NCBI RefSeq assembly: GCF_006345805.1
Contig: NC_043003.1
Coordinates: 101,990,001 to 102,054,000, forward strand
Reading direction: 5' to 3'
Source: Octopus sinensis
Lineage: Eukaryota
DNA length: 64,000 bases
Positions 38,685 to 51,382 of the stretch are shown one piece after another. Position 1 is the first letter of the stretch. Every line of letters starts with the position of its first letter. Under the pieces are notes generated by a model, which did not search any database, was not told the DNA's origin, and saw only the letters and a list, made by a program, of their open reading frames with translations. A program made the position numbers and the translations under genes.

Positions 38685-38960
38685 GGAGGCACATAGAGCA
38701 GCGGACTTGCGGTTGAGGGATCGTGGGTTCGAATCTCAGACCAGGCAATGTGTGTGTTTATGAGTGAAACACCTAAGCTCCACGCAGCTCCGGCAGAAGG
38801 TAATAACGAACTTTTGTTGACTCTTTCATCATGACTTTCTCTCACTCTCTCCTTTCTGCATCTTGCAGCTCACCTGCAATGGACCAGCGTCCAGTCGATG
38901 TGGGGAACCTATATGCCAAGAAAACCGGCCCTATGAGCCAGGAATGGCTTGAGAAGGAAC
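38685..38960 (+). mobile_element. SINE family C head with a V-domain-like tail
   Basis: ggaggcacatagagcagcggacttgcgg...gggttcgaatc head; tail cacctgcaatggaccagcgtccagtc resembles the V-SINE motif. Confidence 0.75.
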
Positions 38961-39064
38961 AAAATATATATATATATATGCTTTCAAAATGTGACCTCGT
39001 GTGTACCGTTGGTGATTTTTTTTTTTCCTCCGTCTTTTCTTCTCTGGATCTTTCCTTTTCCTAT

Positions 39065-39099
39065 GTTTCCGACAAAGAGCTCCGCTCAAAACGTTAAAC
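39065..39099 (+). ncRNA. Decayed minimal hammerhead motif in a pLTR-like element (about 38980-39198)
   Basis: GTTT|CCGACAA|A|GAGC tcc GCTC|AAAA|CG|TT|AAAC; two G>A changes at CpG sites relative to CCGACGA/GAAA. Confidence 0.55.
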
Positions 39100-39237
39100 C
39101 CTCCTTCATTCCTTCTTTCCTGAGCGTCCAATAATACTATATTTGTTCCACGTCCTCGCGTTGTTGTGTTTTTTTGTGCTTTCTTGTTTGGATCAACTTT
39201 ATATATATATATATGCATGTATATGTGTGTGTATGCA

Positions 39238-39276
<39 letters not shown>

Positions 39277-39399
39277 GTGAGTATGTATGTGTATATGTGT
39301 ATGTATATGTATATGTATGTATATGTGTATATGTGTATAAATGTATATGTATATATGTATGGATATTTTATTATATAGTTATGTATACGTATGTATGGT

Positions 39400-40759
39400 T
39401 ATATTACAAATTTTGATTAGTATATATAGATTTGTTATGATCACTAATTTTAGCTTATGATATAAGGGTATGGGAAATAATTTATATGTAGTGGGGTTAC
39501 TATATAAATTTTTTTTTATGTATTTATTAATCTTATAAGATTTTTAGAATATATTTAATAATAAGTGGTTTTTAATCATTTAATTTATTTTGTATTAAGT
39601 TTCATTTATCATAGTTATTTTATTAATAAATATTATAGTATAGAAAGATTTTATTCTTTATTTGTGAATTCATTCTTTTTACAATGATAAACATATAATT
39701 TTCCATTCATAATCTTTAAATAACGTAGGTTCCTCACGCGCAAAGAATTCCTCAACAATTTATTCTATTTTTTTGCTAATAACGTAATTCTATGAGTATT
39801 TTTTTAAACGCTGTATAAGACGTTTTTGATTCAAAATTAGTTCATTGTTTAAAACTCGCCAAGAAAAGTATGTATCTTTTAAGATCTTCAAATTGTTAAT
39901 TTTTAATATTGTATAAGCCTTAGGAGTAATAATATTCTCCTTATGTCAATATTGTTGTTTATGTAATGATCTAATTATCGTAATTTTCTATGTTATTAGA
40001 TATTAAATAAATTAGATAAACTTTGATAATATTAGATATGTTTCGACTAAAGATGGTCTAGGCCATGTCTAATTTAATAGCATAATTTATATTAGATAAT
40101 TATTCCCATTCATAATTATGTTTATAGTACTTATAGTATTTATTTAATACTATATTACTAAGAATTGAATATTTCTATAAGTATTTTACATAAGATTTCG
40201 AAAGTCAGTTTAAGTTAGTTTATTTGTATTTTGAAATTAGCTATTTCATCTTTAAATATGAAAAATTAAATATATTAGGTTTTCATTATGTACAATTGTT
40301 TATAGAGATTATTTTAGATCTTGATTATAATATTTATATATATTTTCATTGATAATTTATATATATTAGTAATTTTAAATATCTATGTAATTAGATATAG
40401 ACTAATATTGATATTAGAATATGGGTTTTCTACCTTATAAATTAAAGTTAATATTTAACATTATAGTCGATATCGATATAATCATATTTAATAATAGAGT
40501 TTATTATAAGTAAATTATTATTTTAGATTATATATATTATTTATATCTTAAAAATATTGATTATATTTTAGATTTTGAAACACCTGATGAATGACTGCGA
40601 CCTAAAAATTTGATGACAGCAGCCAGGAAACGATCGTAGTGGATATTAATTATATTTTTTTAATAATTGTTACATATTTAAATAACATAAATTAATTTAT
40701 GTATTGGCTTAAGTCTTTCATTGTTTGATTTGCCTAATAGTGGTTTTGTCTCTAATTTA

Positions 40760-40760
<1 letters not shown>
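39400..40760. other. Extremely AT-rich island, possibly an eroded Penelope-like RT on the minus strand
   Basis: Roughly 80-85% AT by eye with CpGs retained; minus frames give weak traces (KLTFE, NIQFLVI, RPS..TYL, KITIIRSL, LNNEL). Confidence 0.35.
40581..40641 (+). ncRNA. Candidate minimal type I hammerhead with canonical core
   Basis: CAC|CTGATGA|A-TGACTGC..20 nt..GCAGCCA-G|GAAA|CGATCG|TA|GTG; palindromic ACGATCGT helix III; helix I only 3 bp. Confidence 0.5.
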
Positions 40761-40795
<35 letters not shown>

Positions 40796-40799
<4 letters not shown>

Positions 40800-41063
40800 T
40801 GCAGCGTGGAAGGTGTTTATAAGCCATTTAAGAAACACACAAAAGCCGTTCGATTCACTCCAACATTTAAGTTTAATTTGTCAAAATATTTTCGTCGCTA
40901 AAATCCGCGACCTGTTCACTGACAAAGTCCGTGCTGTCAGTGAACAGGTCGCGGATTTTAGCGCCGAAAATATTTTGACAAATTAAACTTAATTGTTGGA
41001 GTGAATCGAACGGCTTTTGTGTGTTTCTTAAATGGCTTATAAACACCTTCCACGCTGCAATTG
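40796..41063. repeat. 268-bp hairpin: 129-bp inverted arms, 10-nt loop, 2 mismatches
   Basis: Arms 40796-40924 and 40935-41063 compared base by base; follows (TA)n. Confidence 0.97.
40879..40924 (-). ncRNA. Minimal hammerhead-like motif with G3-C8 swapped core; second copy 40935-40980 on plus
   Basis: TGTCA|GTGAACA|G|GTCGC ggatttta GCGAC|GAAA|ATAT|TT|TGACA; 5-bp helices I and II, palindromic AATATT helix III. Confidence 0.65.
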
Positions 41064-41132
41064 TTTTCGTTTCAGCACACGATCTCAGATCAAATTACTT
41101 GCTATGCGAGTACATCTCCGTAATATATATAT

Positions 41133-41180
<48 letters not shown>

Positions 41181-41188
<8 letters not shown>

Positions 41189-42635
41189 TGATGAAAGAAA
41201 CGGAAGATAGATTTAGCAATAGTCTTTTTTCAGTATGACAATCGTTTCGACCCATCCTGCAACTGTCTGCTACAGGTAGAATATTGTGTATCTAAGTGTG
41301 TAGCATCAGTCTGTGCCATTTGTGTCACGTCAGGTACCTGCATAAAGAAAGGGATGTCTTGCTTGATATACTGAGTTGTCTAGGAGTGTTGTCCTTGCCC
41401 ACTGTATTTTAGTTACAACTGGCTGATGGGGCTTGCTACAGTTGTACGGGAGTATATAACATAAAATTAAAACCATTCAATCATAAAATATAGAGAGTTC
41501 AAACTGTCAAAGTCTGTATGTTATTGAAGTATGGTAACATGGAAGTTAGATGTATGTAAGCACATATACACACTTGTTGTTGGTTGTGCATACAGAAGGA
41601 CAAACAGGTAGATACAATTTATAAGGTGTAAATATATATTGGTAATATAGACTTTTACAACATTCGTAGTTGGGTGTGCATGCCGAGGAATAGATACATA
41701 CTCTCTATAAGGTGTGGCAAGACACCTGTAATATAGACCTCTGCCAGTGGGCTCTCATGTGTAAATTAGATGTTTGAATGCACAGAGAAAAATGCATACA
41801 AATGCATCTACGTGCATATGTAAACACCTTTTTACTGAGTTCTACATTAGAATGTACTGCCAACATATTACCAAGATTAAAAGAATAAATAAACAAATGC
41901 AATAAATGTATATATATGTAAACATGAGTGTGTGGCTATGTGTGTATATACAAATACTTCTGTACATGTGTGTGTCCACAACCCACCCCCACCATCCAGT
42001 GCATGGTCATCTGTGACTGATGGCCAAATCTACCTAGCAGTGGGGTGTCTGATAATGGATAGAAGTCTACATCCTGATAGCCAATAAACACCTCAAATGA
42101 TATACTGGCGACACATGTGTATGTCTGTACACCTATATATGTGTTTATGTCCAAGAGCATAGACTCCTACCCCTTAATCTTAATGTAGTCTTTCTTTGAC
42201 AGGTTTTACTCTCTTTCTCTTATGGTTCTAGGATCTTGATTTATGGCATGCATGTGTGTGTGCCTCTGTGAGTGTGTGTTCATGTCCAAGAGTGCACACC
42301 CCTCCCTGTCAACCTAAATGTAATCTTTCTTTGACAGGTTGCACTCTCTGTATTTTATGATTGTATAATTTTAATTTTATGTTATATACTGTAGCTAACC
42401 CCATCAGCCACTTATAAACAAAATACAATGGGCAAAAACATGTCTGGGACAACACAGTATATCTAGTTGGGCATCCCCATCTTTATGCATGTACCTGATG
42501 TGATACAGATGGCACAGATTGTTACAGCACAATATCCTACCTGTAACAGTCAGTTACAGGATGGGTTCAAACAATTATTGTACTGAATAAAAACTAGTGC
42601 TAAATCTATCTTCTGTTTCCTTCATCAATTATTAT
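41181..42635. mobile_element. Element bounded by about 325-bp diverged inverted repeats
   Basis: 41181-41510 is the reverse complement of about 42328-42635 (ttgatgaaagaaacggaagatagatttagc / gctaaatctatcttctgtttccttcatcaa); no TSD found. Confidence 0.8.
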
Positions 42636-42802
42636 CTCAACGAACACTGGAATTCCTGACACAGATCCAGAGGAAGTATATCCCAACTACGGATAACACC
42701 AGGTAGCCCAAACTGTGAAGGTGCTTTACTCAACACACTAATTGACATATACTCACTAGTTCCCAAAAGTACACACACACACATTTATATAAAAATGCAT
42801 AC

Positions 42803-42840
<38 letters not shown>

Positions 42841-43003
42841 GAAAATTCATTTTGGTGTTCAAAATGCATCTAGATCTATAAAAAATGGGATGAATATTTA
42901 AAAGAGGCAGAATGCATAGAAAAAAATTCATAGTGATAAAACATGCTCAAAAGTCACATATTCAATAGGCTTCATAGCAATATAGCACACACACACACAC
43001 ACG

Positions 43004-43049
<46 letters not shown>

Positions 43050-43053
43050 TATA

Positions 43054-43235
43054 CAAGGGAGTGCTGAAAAGTTCCTGGCTTTGGGTAGAAGAAAATACAG
43101 GAGGATCAGTTAATTATGATTTTATTCAACATATTCCCCTCTCAGATTCACACACTTATTGCAGTTGTGCTTTAGTTTTTCTAAGCCCTGCAAAAGAATT
43201 TGGAAGGTTGGACCTCCAACCAGGCCTTTCGCAAT
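43054..43235 (+). mobile_element. mariner-type terminal fragment/MITE end
   Basis: TA|CAAGGGAGTGCTGAAAAGTTCC mariner-like TIR; partner end not found. Confidence 0.5.
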
Positions 43236-43621
43236 ACCCTCATTTGCCCAATTTCTGTTGGTCCATTACATATTTTCAGTAAGATTGATGGTTAAGTTGG
43301 AGGTTTTTACTTCCAATCTTTAGCAAGATGGTGCTTCATGTACCCTCTAATATAATTAAGTATTCATTGTATAGCTGTTTAATGCTAATATCACTTGCTG
43401 CCATTAATGTTATTGTTGTTATCAATTATTTAGATTTGCCCCTGATAATAATACTAATAATAATAACATCTTTACGAGCATTTATTTTGAATACTTACTT
43501 ATTCTTATATATATATATATATGCAATCCAAACAAGAATAAGCAAGAAAAAACAACAATGCGAAGAAATGGACCAAGTACTGTGTTATTGGACACTCAGG
43601 AAAGGAAAGAAAAGAAAGAGG

Positions 43622-43656
43622 ATTTCACGCTTCGAGCGGAGCTCTTCATCGGAAAT
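43622..43656 (-). ncRNA. Decayed minimal hammerhead motif, same family as 39065-39099
   Basis: Minus: ATTT|CCGATGA|A|GAGC tcc GCTC|GAAG|CG|TG|AAAT. Confidence 0.55.
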
Positions 43657-45901
43657 ATAGAAAAAGTCCAAAGAAGGGAAGATGGAGGGAAGAGGATTTG
43701 AAAATGCAGAGGTCTTTTAAAGAAGTTTATTGACTTGACTGGTTTCACTTTTTTTTTTTTTTAAATTTTCAAAAGTAAAGTGTAAAACATACAAGACTGG
43801 AGATGAAAAAAGGTTGGTCATTCCCCTAAAATTCTTATAAAAAAATTATGATTTCTGATGAACTTTTAACAAAGCAATACATACTTTCTCCTATCAAATT
43901 CTGTCTACAAATCTTTTCTGTATATATGCTTATAAACAATTATGATTTCTGATGAACTTATAAACAATTCTGAACTTATTTTACTGCCTATTTTGAATAC
44001 TTTTATGTAAACTGTTTAAACACAAAACCTCTCTTGACATTTTCTTGGGTGAAAAATACTTATGTCTTGCCAATATACATCAATGTCCAGTTCAAAGGAG
44101 GTTCTAGAAGTTAATGCAAATAAATGGTTTTGGTTCAATTCAATTGAGCAGCCCCTTGGACAAATGTCTCCTACCATAGCCTTATATTGGTCAATGCTTC
44201 TGAAGCAAAATTTGCTTAACATAAAATTGTGGATAGACCCATAATGAGGTGTGTATGCATATATGTGTGTGTATGTGTGTATGCATACAGGGTTGGCCAA
44301 AAGTCACCTGACAGTAAATCAAAACCATTTAATTCCAAGATTAAAACAAAAAATTATTTTATATGAGACTTTGCTAATAAATAGACAAATGTTGAATAAA
44401 AATGGTGATTTTAACTCACAGCATTCAATTATTAAACATTCATAATTGGGTGAGGGTTGAGAGCATAGTTAACATAATCTACACCATTATATTACTGGTA
44501 TTTAATTTATTAGTTAGAGTTAACTCTGGTAATTTCAACTTCTGCATTTAGCAGGAGGGTCTACAAATGGGAGGGGTTTTAGAATGCAATTGCACTGCAC
44601 ATGCAACCTAGTTTGGTGTTGCTTCATGTTAGTGCGGGTGGCAGTGGTCTTTAATATCATTCACTGTGTTGCAAGCATTTACAACTGATGCACATTGTCT
44701 CCTACTGCAGATATTATGGTTGGGTACTAGTTGCATTAATCTTACCAGTCTGTATGCCTGCACAGGTCATGTGTAGTGTCCCCACTCACCTGACTAGCTT
44801 ATAAAAATAACAATAAATAAATAAAAACCTCAGACTACAAAGTAAAAAAAAAAAAATAATGGTGTCTCGTGTTTCTGCTCAATTTCTATCGAAATTGATT
44901 TGTATTTTCCTCCTCCCCTTCCAATATCAATAATATACAAACAGTTGCTTTAATCGACTGCCCCCTCCTCGCCCCATAAAAAATTGGTCTCGTGACTAGT
45001 CATATGACATCGTCAACATTTCTATTATGGTAAGGCGATACTTGTTTGGGACACGTTTTTGGTTTCCATCTTCGGCGTATTTCACTTTCCTAGTATCGAA
45101 AGTGTCTTTCAGAAATATTGGAAGCCACAAATATTAAACTTGCCTCTTCTATTTCACTCCAACAAAATTAACCATTTTTTTTCTTGTTAAATAAAAATAG
45201 CGATCATACGTATGTTTGAGTGTGTACGTTGATTTATACAGGTGTGTTATACAGTTGTGGTGCACCTGAGCACTCTATACGATAATTTCATTATTTTAAT
45301 TATCTTGTATGAAACTGCCTATCTGTGTGTGCGTGCCTTTACATGAAGCATCACCCCTCACTGCACTTGTAATGACCATAAGTCTATGTCGATATGTAAC
45401 CCGAGTGGCATGGATGGATTTGCAGAATGCAAATTCATTAGAAGATAAATAATAATAGCAGTAATAACAAACCACAACAATATAATCAGCAGAAGCCGAT
45501 GATAATCTCTCTAATAACTGCAGCGGATGATATAGGAACTTTTAGTTTCGTATCATGACATCATATAAAACAATACAAGATAATACACACACTTATATGA
45601 ATATACTACTGTCTATCTTTCATTACCTCAGTGCAAGAAAAAAAACAAAAAAACTCCAACACGCACACACAGATATATGTACAAATGTCAAGACCGCGAA
45701 AGCATGAAAATATTGAACAAGAAAGAAAAGCAACAGGCAGAAAAAAATATAAGGAAATGTTCAGTAGCAAATTATTATTAATTTAAATGGAGATTTTTTT
45801 TTTCATAGATGCATTTGGAGGAAATTGTAAAATTAGGTTTAGTACGTAGAATGAATGTGTGTCCATGTATGTCTAACCAGCGCGACGAGATGTGCATAGC
45901 A

Positions 45902-46549
45902 TCACATGACCGCTGCTGCTGCTGCTGCTGTCAGTTTCATTGTAATATGTGAGTGGAGTCAATTAACACGCGATCCATCAAGGTGCTTTACAGAAAAGAA
46001 AAATATATAGAGATATAATATAGATTTGCAGTATGCTGTATTTATAATTTTGTCTGGATTTGGTGTTTAGGCCAATGCAGACTGTTACCAGTTTCTTCGA
46101 ACTTTAGTGATTTAGTATTTTTAATTTGTATCCAAAAGTTGCTCACACACAACATCGGATGGTTTCTGTTCGTCACAGAGCAAGCTACCCAGATCTGTGA
46201 TTTCTGTTGTTTTATTACTATTGAGATCGTCTTGTCTTCATTTATATTCTCCCAGACAGACGATATAAAAAAAATATAGAGAGTAATTTAAAACAAAGGT
46301 AAGCAGCATTTAATCTTCCTCTTTCTTCAGTCTCAACATATCTACACTGTCGTTTCACGTTAGTTTATCTCTCTCTTTCTCTCTCCTTTTCTTTTGTTTC
46401 TTCAGCCCCTTTGCTTCTTTTTGAACCACTTTTCCTTACTTTCTCCTCAAATCAAACCACCGACACACACATTACTTACACCACTCTTTTTATATCACTG
46501 TTACTTTTGTTTCTTTCCCTTCTCTTTTTCATTGCAATTTATCTTTCAG
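45902..46549 (+). promoter_or_regulatory. Candidate core promoter, non-coding first exon and 251-nt first intron
   Basis: TCACATGA at 45902, Inr-like TCAGTT at 45931, donor AAG|GTAAGC at 46298/46299, long polypyrimidine tract and CAG| at 46549; unique CpG-retaining sequence. Confidence 0.35.
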
Positions 46550-47537
46550 GGTAGCTCGGTTAAATTTTTTTAATATTACATATCCGTGAATTTATCCCTA
46601 ATTTTTATTAATTTAGTGTTGATTGTAATGTTTGGGTTTTGGTTGTTGTGGACGATGACAACGATAGAGATAATAGGTAATTAATGATAACCGCGGTGAT
46701 AGTAAATGATAATGATGGTAATGGTTGTGGTAGAGCACATTGCAAGCTGGTTCACCACCGGTCATGTGGACAGCTTTCACAGTACACATATAATCAATAC
46801 AGATAGACACGCATACATGCAAGCACACATACACATATAGAGACCTATATATTTATGTGTCTGTGTGTGTGTGCATGCATTTATCTCTATTTGTGTGCGT
46901 GTATAGTTCCACTACCATTATATATACCTCAGCGAAAGACCTCCGTACTTTCTTTCACATCAGCTTAAAATAATGGTTTGTTACATTAGTCATGAAACTT
47001 GAGTTGTTATTTTCGTGTGGGTGATTGAAAATAAGATGTTGTGAAGCTTATGCCTCTGCCAGGAACATATGCAATGTATATATAAAGTGAAGTGGTTCCG
47101 ACCATTTAAAAACATTTTAACAGTATCGTACCTACGTAACCCGCTCTTGGGGAAAGCAAGATGCGATTGCGCGATGTTCATGCCTTTCTTAAGGGCATAA
47201 ACATTGTAATTAGCGTTAAAATTTCTTTCTTTATCTGTCATTAGGACAACAACAAACATTACAATGCAATTAATATGAATATAATTGAATATGGCATCGA
47301 ATATTTCGTTGCATTTCTATGTTCAGTGTTTTAGGTTTATAGGGGAAGGGTCCCGAGGTTTGTATGTATGATGCAATCAATAAGGGAACTATATAATTTA
47401 ACGGGTTTTATATGTGTACATGTGTATGTCTGGGAGAAAGCTAAACCAAATATAAAAAAAATTGTAAGTACGCATAATAATATCTTAATCATGCATAAGG
47501 TGTATTTTTAGAGAATTGTGGACACACACATACATAC

Positions 47538-47584
<47 letters not shown>

Positions 47585-49492
47585 TATATATATATTTTGT
47601 GATGTTCATGCGTTTCATAAAGTATAAAAAAATATAAGGCTTATGAGAAGCGAAGCAGTCCAAACTGCTTGAAATAATTACCAACACACAAAAATAGATG
47701 CATGCACCCTTAAGCAAGTCTCGTGACGGCTGCTTCTGTTCGATTTTTTTCTTTTCATTCATTCGTTTGTGTTTTGCTTTCTTGTCTCGTATGTGCGCGT
47801 GTGTTTGCATATGCATATTGCAATGGTGCACTTATTGCATCGCTTCTTTTCTATCAAGTCTACAACATCATCTCATTTATTTGGTATTACCTCCATCACT
47901 ATTCTCGTCTGTCAAATGATGACCCTTTTTCACACGTCGATATTTGATCTATTTTTATACCTTTTTTTTTTTTTGTGAAGCTGTTCTTTCTATTGACTTT
48001 ACTACCACCATCATCATCACTATCGTCATCATTATCATGGTCGTCGTCATTATCTTTTCCCCAGTTTCTTGCATCAGATTTTTAACTTTTCCAATGTACC
48101 TTTGCAGTCTTTCTCCTTCTCCCTCCCCACTCTCTCGAATTTGACGAGAGAATGGAAGGCGACAAATGGAATAATATAATGATATACAATATAATAATAT
48201 TGCGATATAGGTGTATAATTACATTTTTTTGAAGCTGTATGGGCGAGTGTTGTACAGTCGATTGAATCTGTTCGCAGTATAATACTGGTACAAAATTTTA
48301 TTGATCTGGACTGGGTTGAAATTCAACATAATATTAATGATCGTTTTTTTTTCTTTTATAATACGCATGATGTATGAGAGGATTTGCTTAAAGGTGGGAG
48401 GTCGATTTGTACTATTATAAATGAAATGAGAACAAAATGAACTGGAACAGTTTGGCAAACATTTCACCTTATTTTATGATATCTTGATGCTCGCATCTTA
48501 GTTCAATAATGAAACAGCGAGGGAGCCTCTTTGTGGTCAATAAACCTATTAAAAGATTTCGTCAAATTACACCCCATCGTCTTCGGAAAAGGAAAGGACA
48601 CATGAGAGATGATGTCCTCTTACAAGTCCCAGCAAGACAATCTTCGTTATAGGGGTTGATTTAATAGCGTCAAAGTATAATAATATTAATGATTGTTGTT
48701 TAGCTCCAAGTCAGCTCTGACTGAGTGGATATAAACAAAGCCCTTCCAATGTGTCCTTCCTCTTTTGAAAGATGGTGTAGGGTGTAATTTGAAGGAGATT
48801 TAGTTGCTATTTCTAACAGGTTGAGCAATCAATTGTTCTCCTCGTTGGTTCGAGAAGGTCCCACGATGCTTTTTTTTTTTTTTTTTTTCACTCACCCAGG
48901 AACATTTTAGTGATGTTAGTGTTGGAATCAGTTGTGTCGAATATTATTTCACAGAGTCCGAAATGACATTCTGTGACGTCTATGCCTCTTACCCTCTCAT
49001 AAGCAGTGTCAGGTTAAATGGCTACATCTATGGGTGTGCTTTCCAAGCTGGGGACTAGGATGATTGTCAAATATTTGGTAGGATGAAGGCGGAAGAATGA
49101 GAAAGGGCAGTGTCGATTAAAAAAACCCACTTCAGGCTAGCCTCTACGTGATAGCCAGACCCGCTAGCAATAGCAACCAAGACTTCTCTCAGATCACACA
49201 TTAGTTATCTTAAACAAGGAAAGGGAACATTAGAGAAGGTAGAGTTATACACAACTAAAAAAGATAAAATATCGGTCACAGCTGGTATAGTTTTGATCAT
49301 AGTTCTACTGAACGTCAGTGTTGACAAAGCGCCGATTAACGAGGGTGTCAGCCATGATATTTACCAGGTGTTCGTCATTATTAAAAATAATAGCGAATTA
49401 TGGAAAATAATTCTATGTTAAATGTGGAAGTAGGTATGGGTATGATATGGGATGTGTCAGAGGCAACTGATTTAGAGAATTGAAAGAAAACC

Positions 49493-50581
49493 GGTCAATA
49501 TAAAGAACTTCACCCGAGAAAAAAAAAACAGCTTGTGGGGGGTGGTGTTAACAAGTGTGTGGAAAACGAATATGAAAAGAAAAAGCGCACTGACGACCCT
49601 GGGGGTGGAGAGGGGACTTTCGGAAAATTCACAAGATCCGATTTTTCCGTCATAACTTCGGGTAAAAGGATATATATTGATTTTTTTTTTACGGAATCCC
49701 ACGTTTTTGGTTTTGGAGGATCCGATTCTGAAAAAAAAAAAGAAGTTTTTTTTTCAAAAATCGCATTTTCAAAATTTCAATCCCCTCCTCACCCTTCACT
49801 TTTCCGGAATTTTTTTTTTTGCGAAATAGGTGGAAAAAGACGATTCTGAAAAAAATTTGTAAAATTTCAATTTTTCAACAAGAAAAAAAATGGGCACAGG
49901 AGTGGGTGTGTGGTAAGTAGCTCGCTTACCAACCACATGGTTCTGGGTTCATTCCCACTGCGTGGCACCTTGGGCAGGTGTCCTCTACTATAGTCGTGTG
50001 TGTATATATGTATGTGTGTGTATATCTTTGTGTGTCTGTGTTTGTCCCCCCAACATCGCTTGACAACCGATGGTGGTGTGTTTACGTCCCCGTAACCTAG
50101 CGGTTCGGCAAAAGGGACCGATAGAATAAGTACTAGGCTTCCAAAGAACAAGTTCTGGGGTCGATTTGCTCGACTAAAGGCGGTGCTCCAGCATGGTCGC
50201 AGTCAATTGACTGAAACAAGTAAAAAGAGAAAGAGAGAAAAGAGATATACCCTCAGGCCTTCAAGCAGGCTATCCACATGCTAGAAATAACAGCCAAATC
50301 TCACAAAACTGCGATAACATAATGAAATTTTGGATTTTTTTTTCAGAATCGGATCCTCCATAACCAAAAACGTGGGATTCCGTAAAAAAAATTAATATAT
50401 ATCCATTTTCCCGAATTTAGACGGAAAAATCGGACCTTGTGAATTTTCCGAAAGTCTCCTACCCACCCCAGGGTCGCCAGCGCGCATTTTTTTTTTCATA
50501 TTCGTTTTCCACACACTTGTTAACACACCCCAGGCTGGTTAATTTTTTCTTTGTTCCCGGATAGGGATCTTTATATTGACC
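49493..50581. mobile_element. Non-autonomous TIR element with about 245-bp TIRs and 8-bp TSD (MULE- or Merlin-like)
   Basis: Ends GGTCAATAT / ATATTGACC; TSD AGAAAACC at 49485-49492 and 50582-50589; arms about 49493-49740 and 50335-50581. Confidence 0.85.
49893..50244 (+). mobile_element. SINE family A nested in the TIR element
   Basis: Head and 3' module; internal deletion. Confidence 0.88.
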
Positions 50582-51382
50582 AGAAAACCACCACCCAAGT
50601 ATTCAAGATGGAGCGAGGAAAAAATGTCTCGTTATCGATATTTCAACCCTTCTCACCAGAGTATTGCTATTTGATTTAGAGACAGGTAAAGAAAAAACGT
50701 ACGTCTCGGATGAATGTAGAGCATATTCACATAATGGGGCTTTATGGGTAGATAAAATAGATGTAGAAAAAAATCTCAAGATCCCAGATATGTGTGTGTA
50801 ATAACGAATTGTTTTACACGTTCAACGGAAACAGCCTTCCTCATTCTGTGATTTCTATATTACTTGATATTGTTTATGTGTATATTATCCGGGATCCCAA
50901 CTATCTACTCACATCAGGTCAGACAATAATTCACGACTGCCTATCTAGTACTTATTTTGTAAGATGTCAAACACAGATGAAAGTTTTTTTTTTCTGTGAT
51001 TGGTTTTCCTCCAAAAACAAAACAAACACAATGAAACGAAATGATTTAAAATCAAGTCACAAGCCCACAACATTCTGAATGTGGGTGCGGTAGGTTTGAT
51101 TAAGTTAATTCAGTTACTCGTCAGGTACTTATTTTGTCAACCCCGGCGAGATTTATCAACTGCGGATGAATGAAAGGATAATGGTAATGATTTTTTTCCC
51201 CTTCTGATTTAGATACAAGGTCGGCAATTTTGAGGAGAGAGGGTTAGTCGGAATCATTGACTTCAGAACGTAATTGGTAAACTGGTACTTTGTTGACCTC
51301 GACAGTATTTCATCTCAAAAGTGGACCATAACTAAATGCTGCATGGCCTTTTTCTCTGACGTTGTAGTAGTAGTTCTTTCTA

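Noticed and set aside
39400-40760. NUMT or ciliate-code (TAA/TAG = Gln) gene as a firm call
   Set aside because: No mitochondrial gene or rRNA recognised; frames contain all three stop types and shift, so no single alternative code opens them. Kept only as an alternative in the finding.
41225-41330. Hammerhead in the arm of the 41181-42635 element (minus: CTGATGC ... CGAAACGATTGTC)
   Set aside because: The core lacks A9, is far from the stem-loop, and no helix I pairing could be built.
44288-44450. Tc1-like terminus TACAGGGTTGGCCAAAAGT
   Set aside because: No matching opposite TIR found, so an element cannot be delimited.
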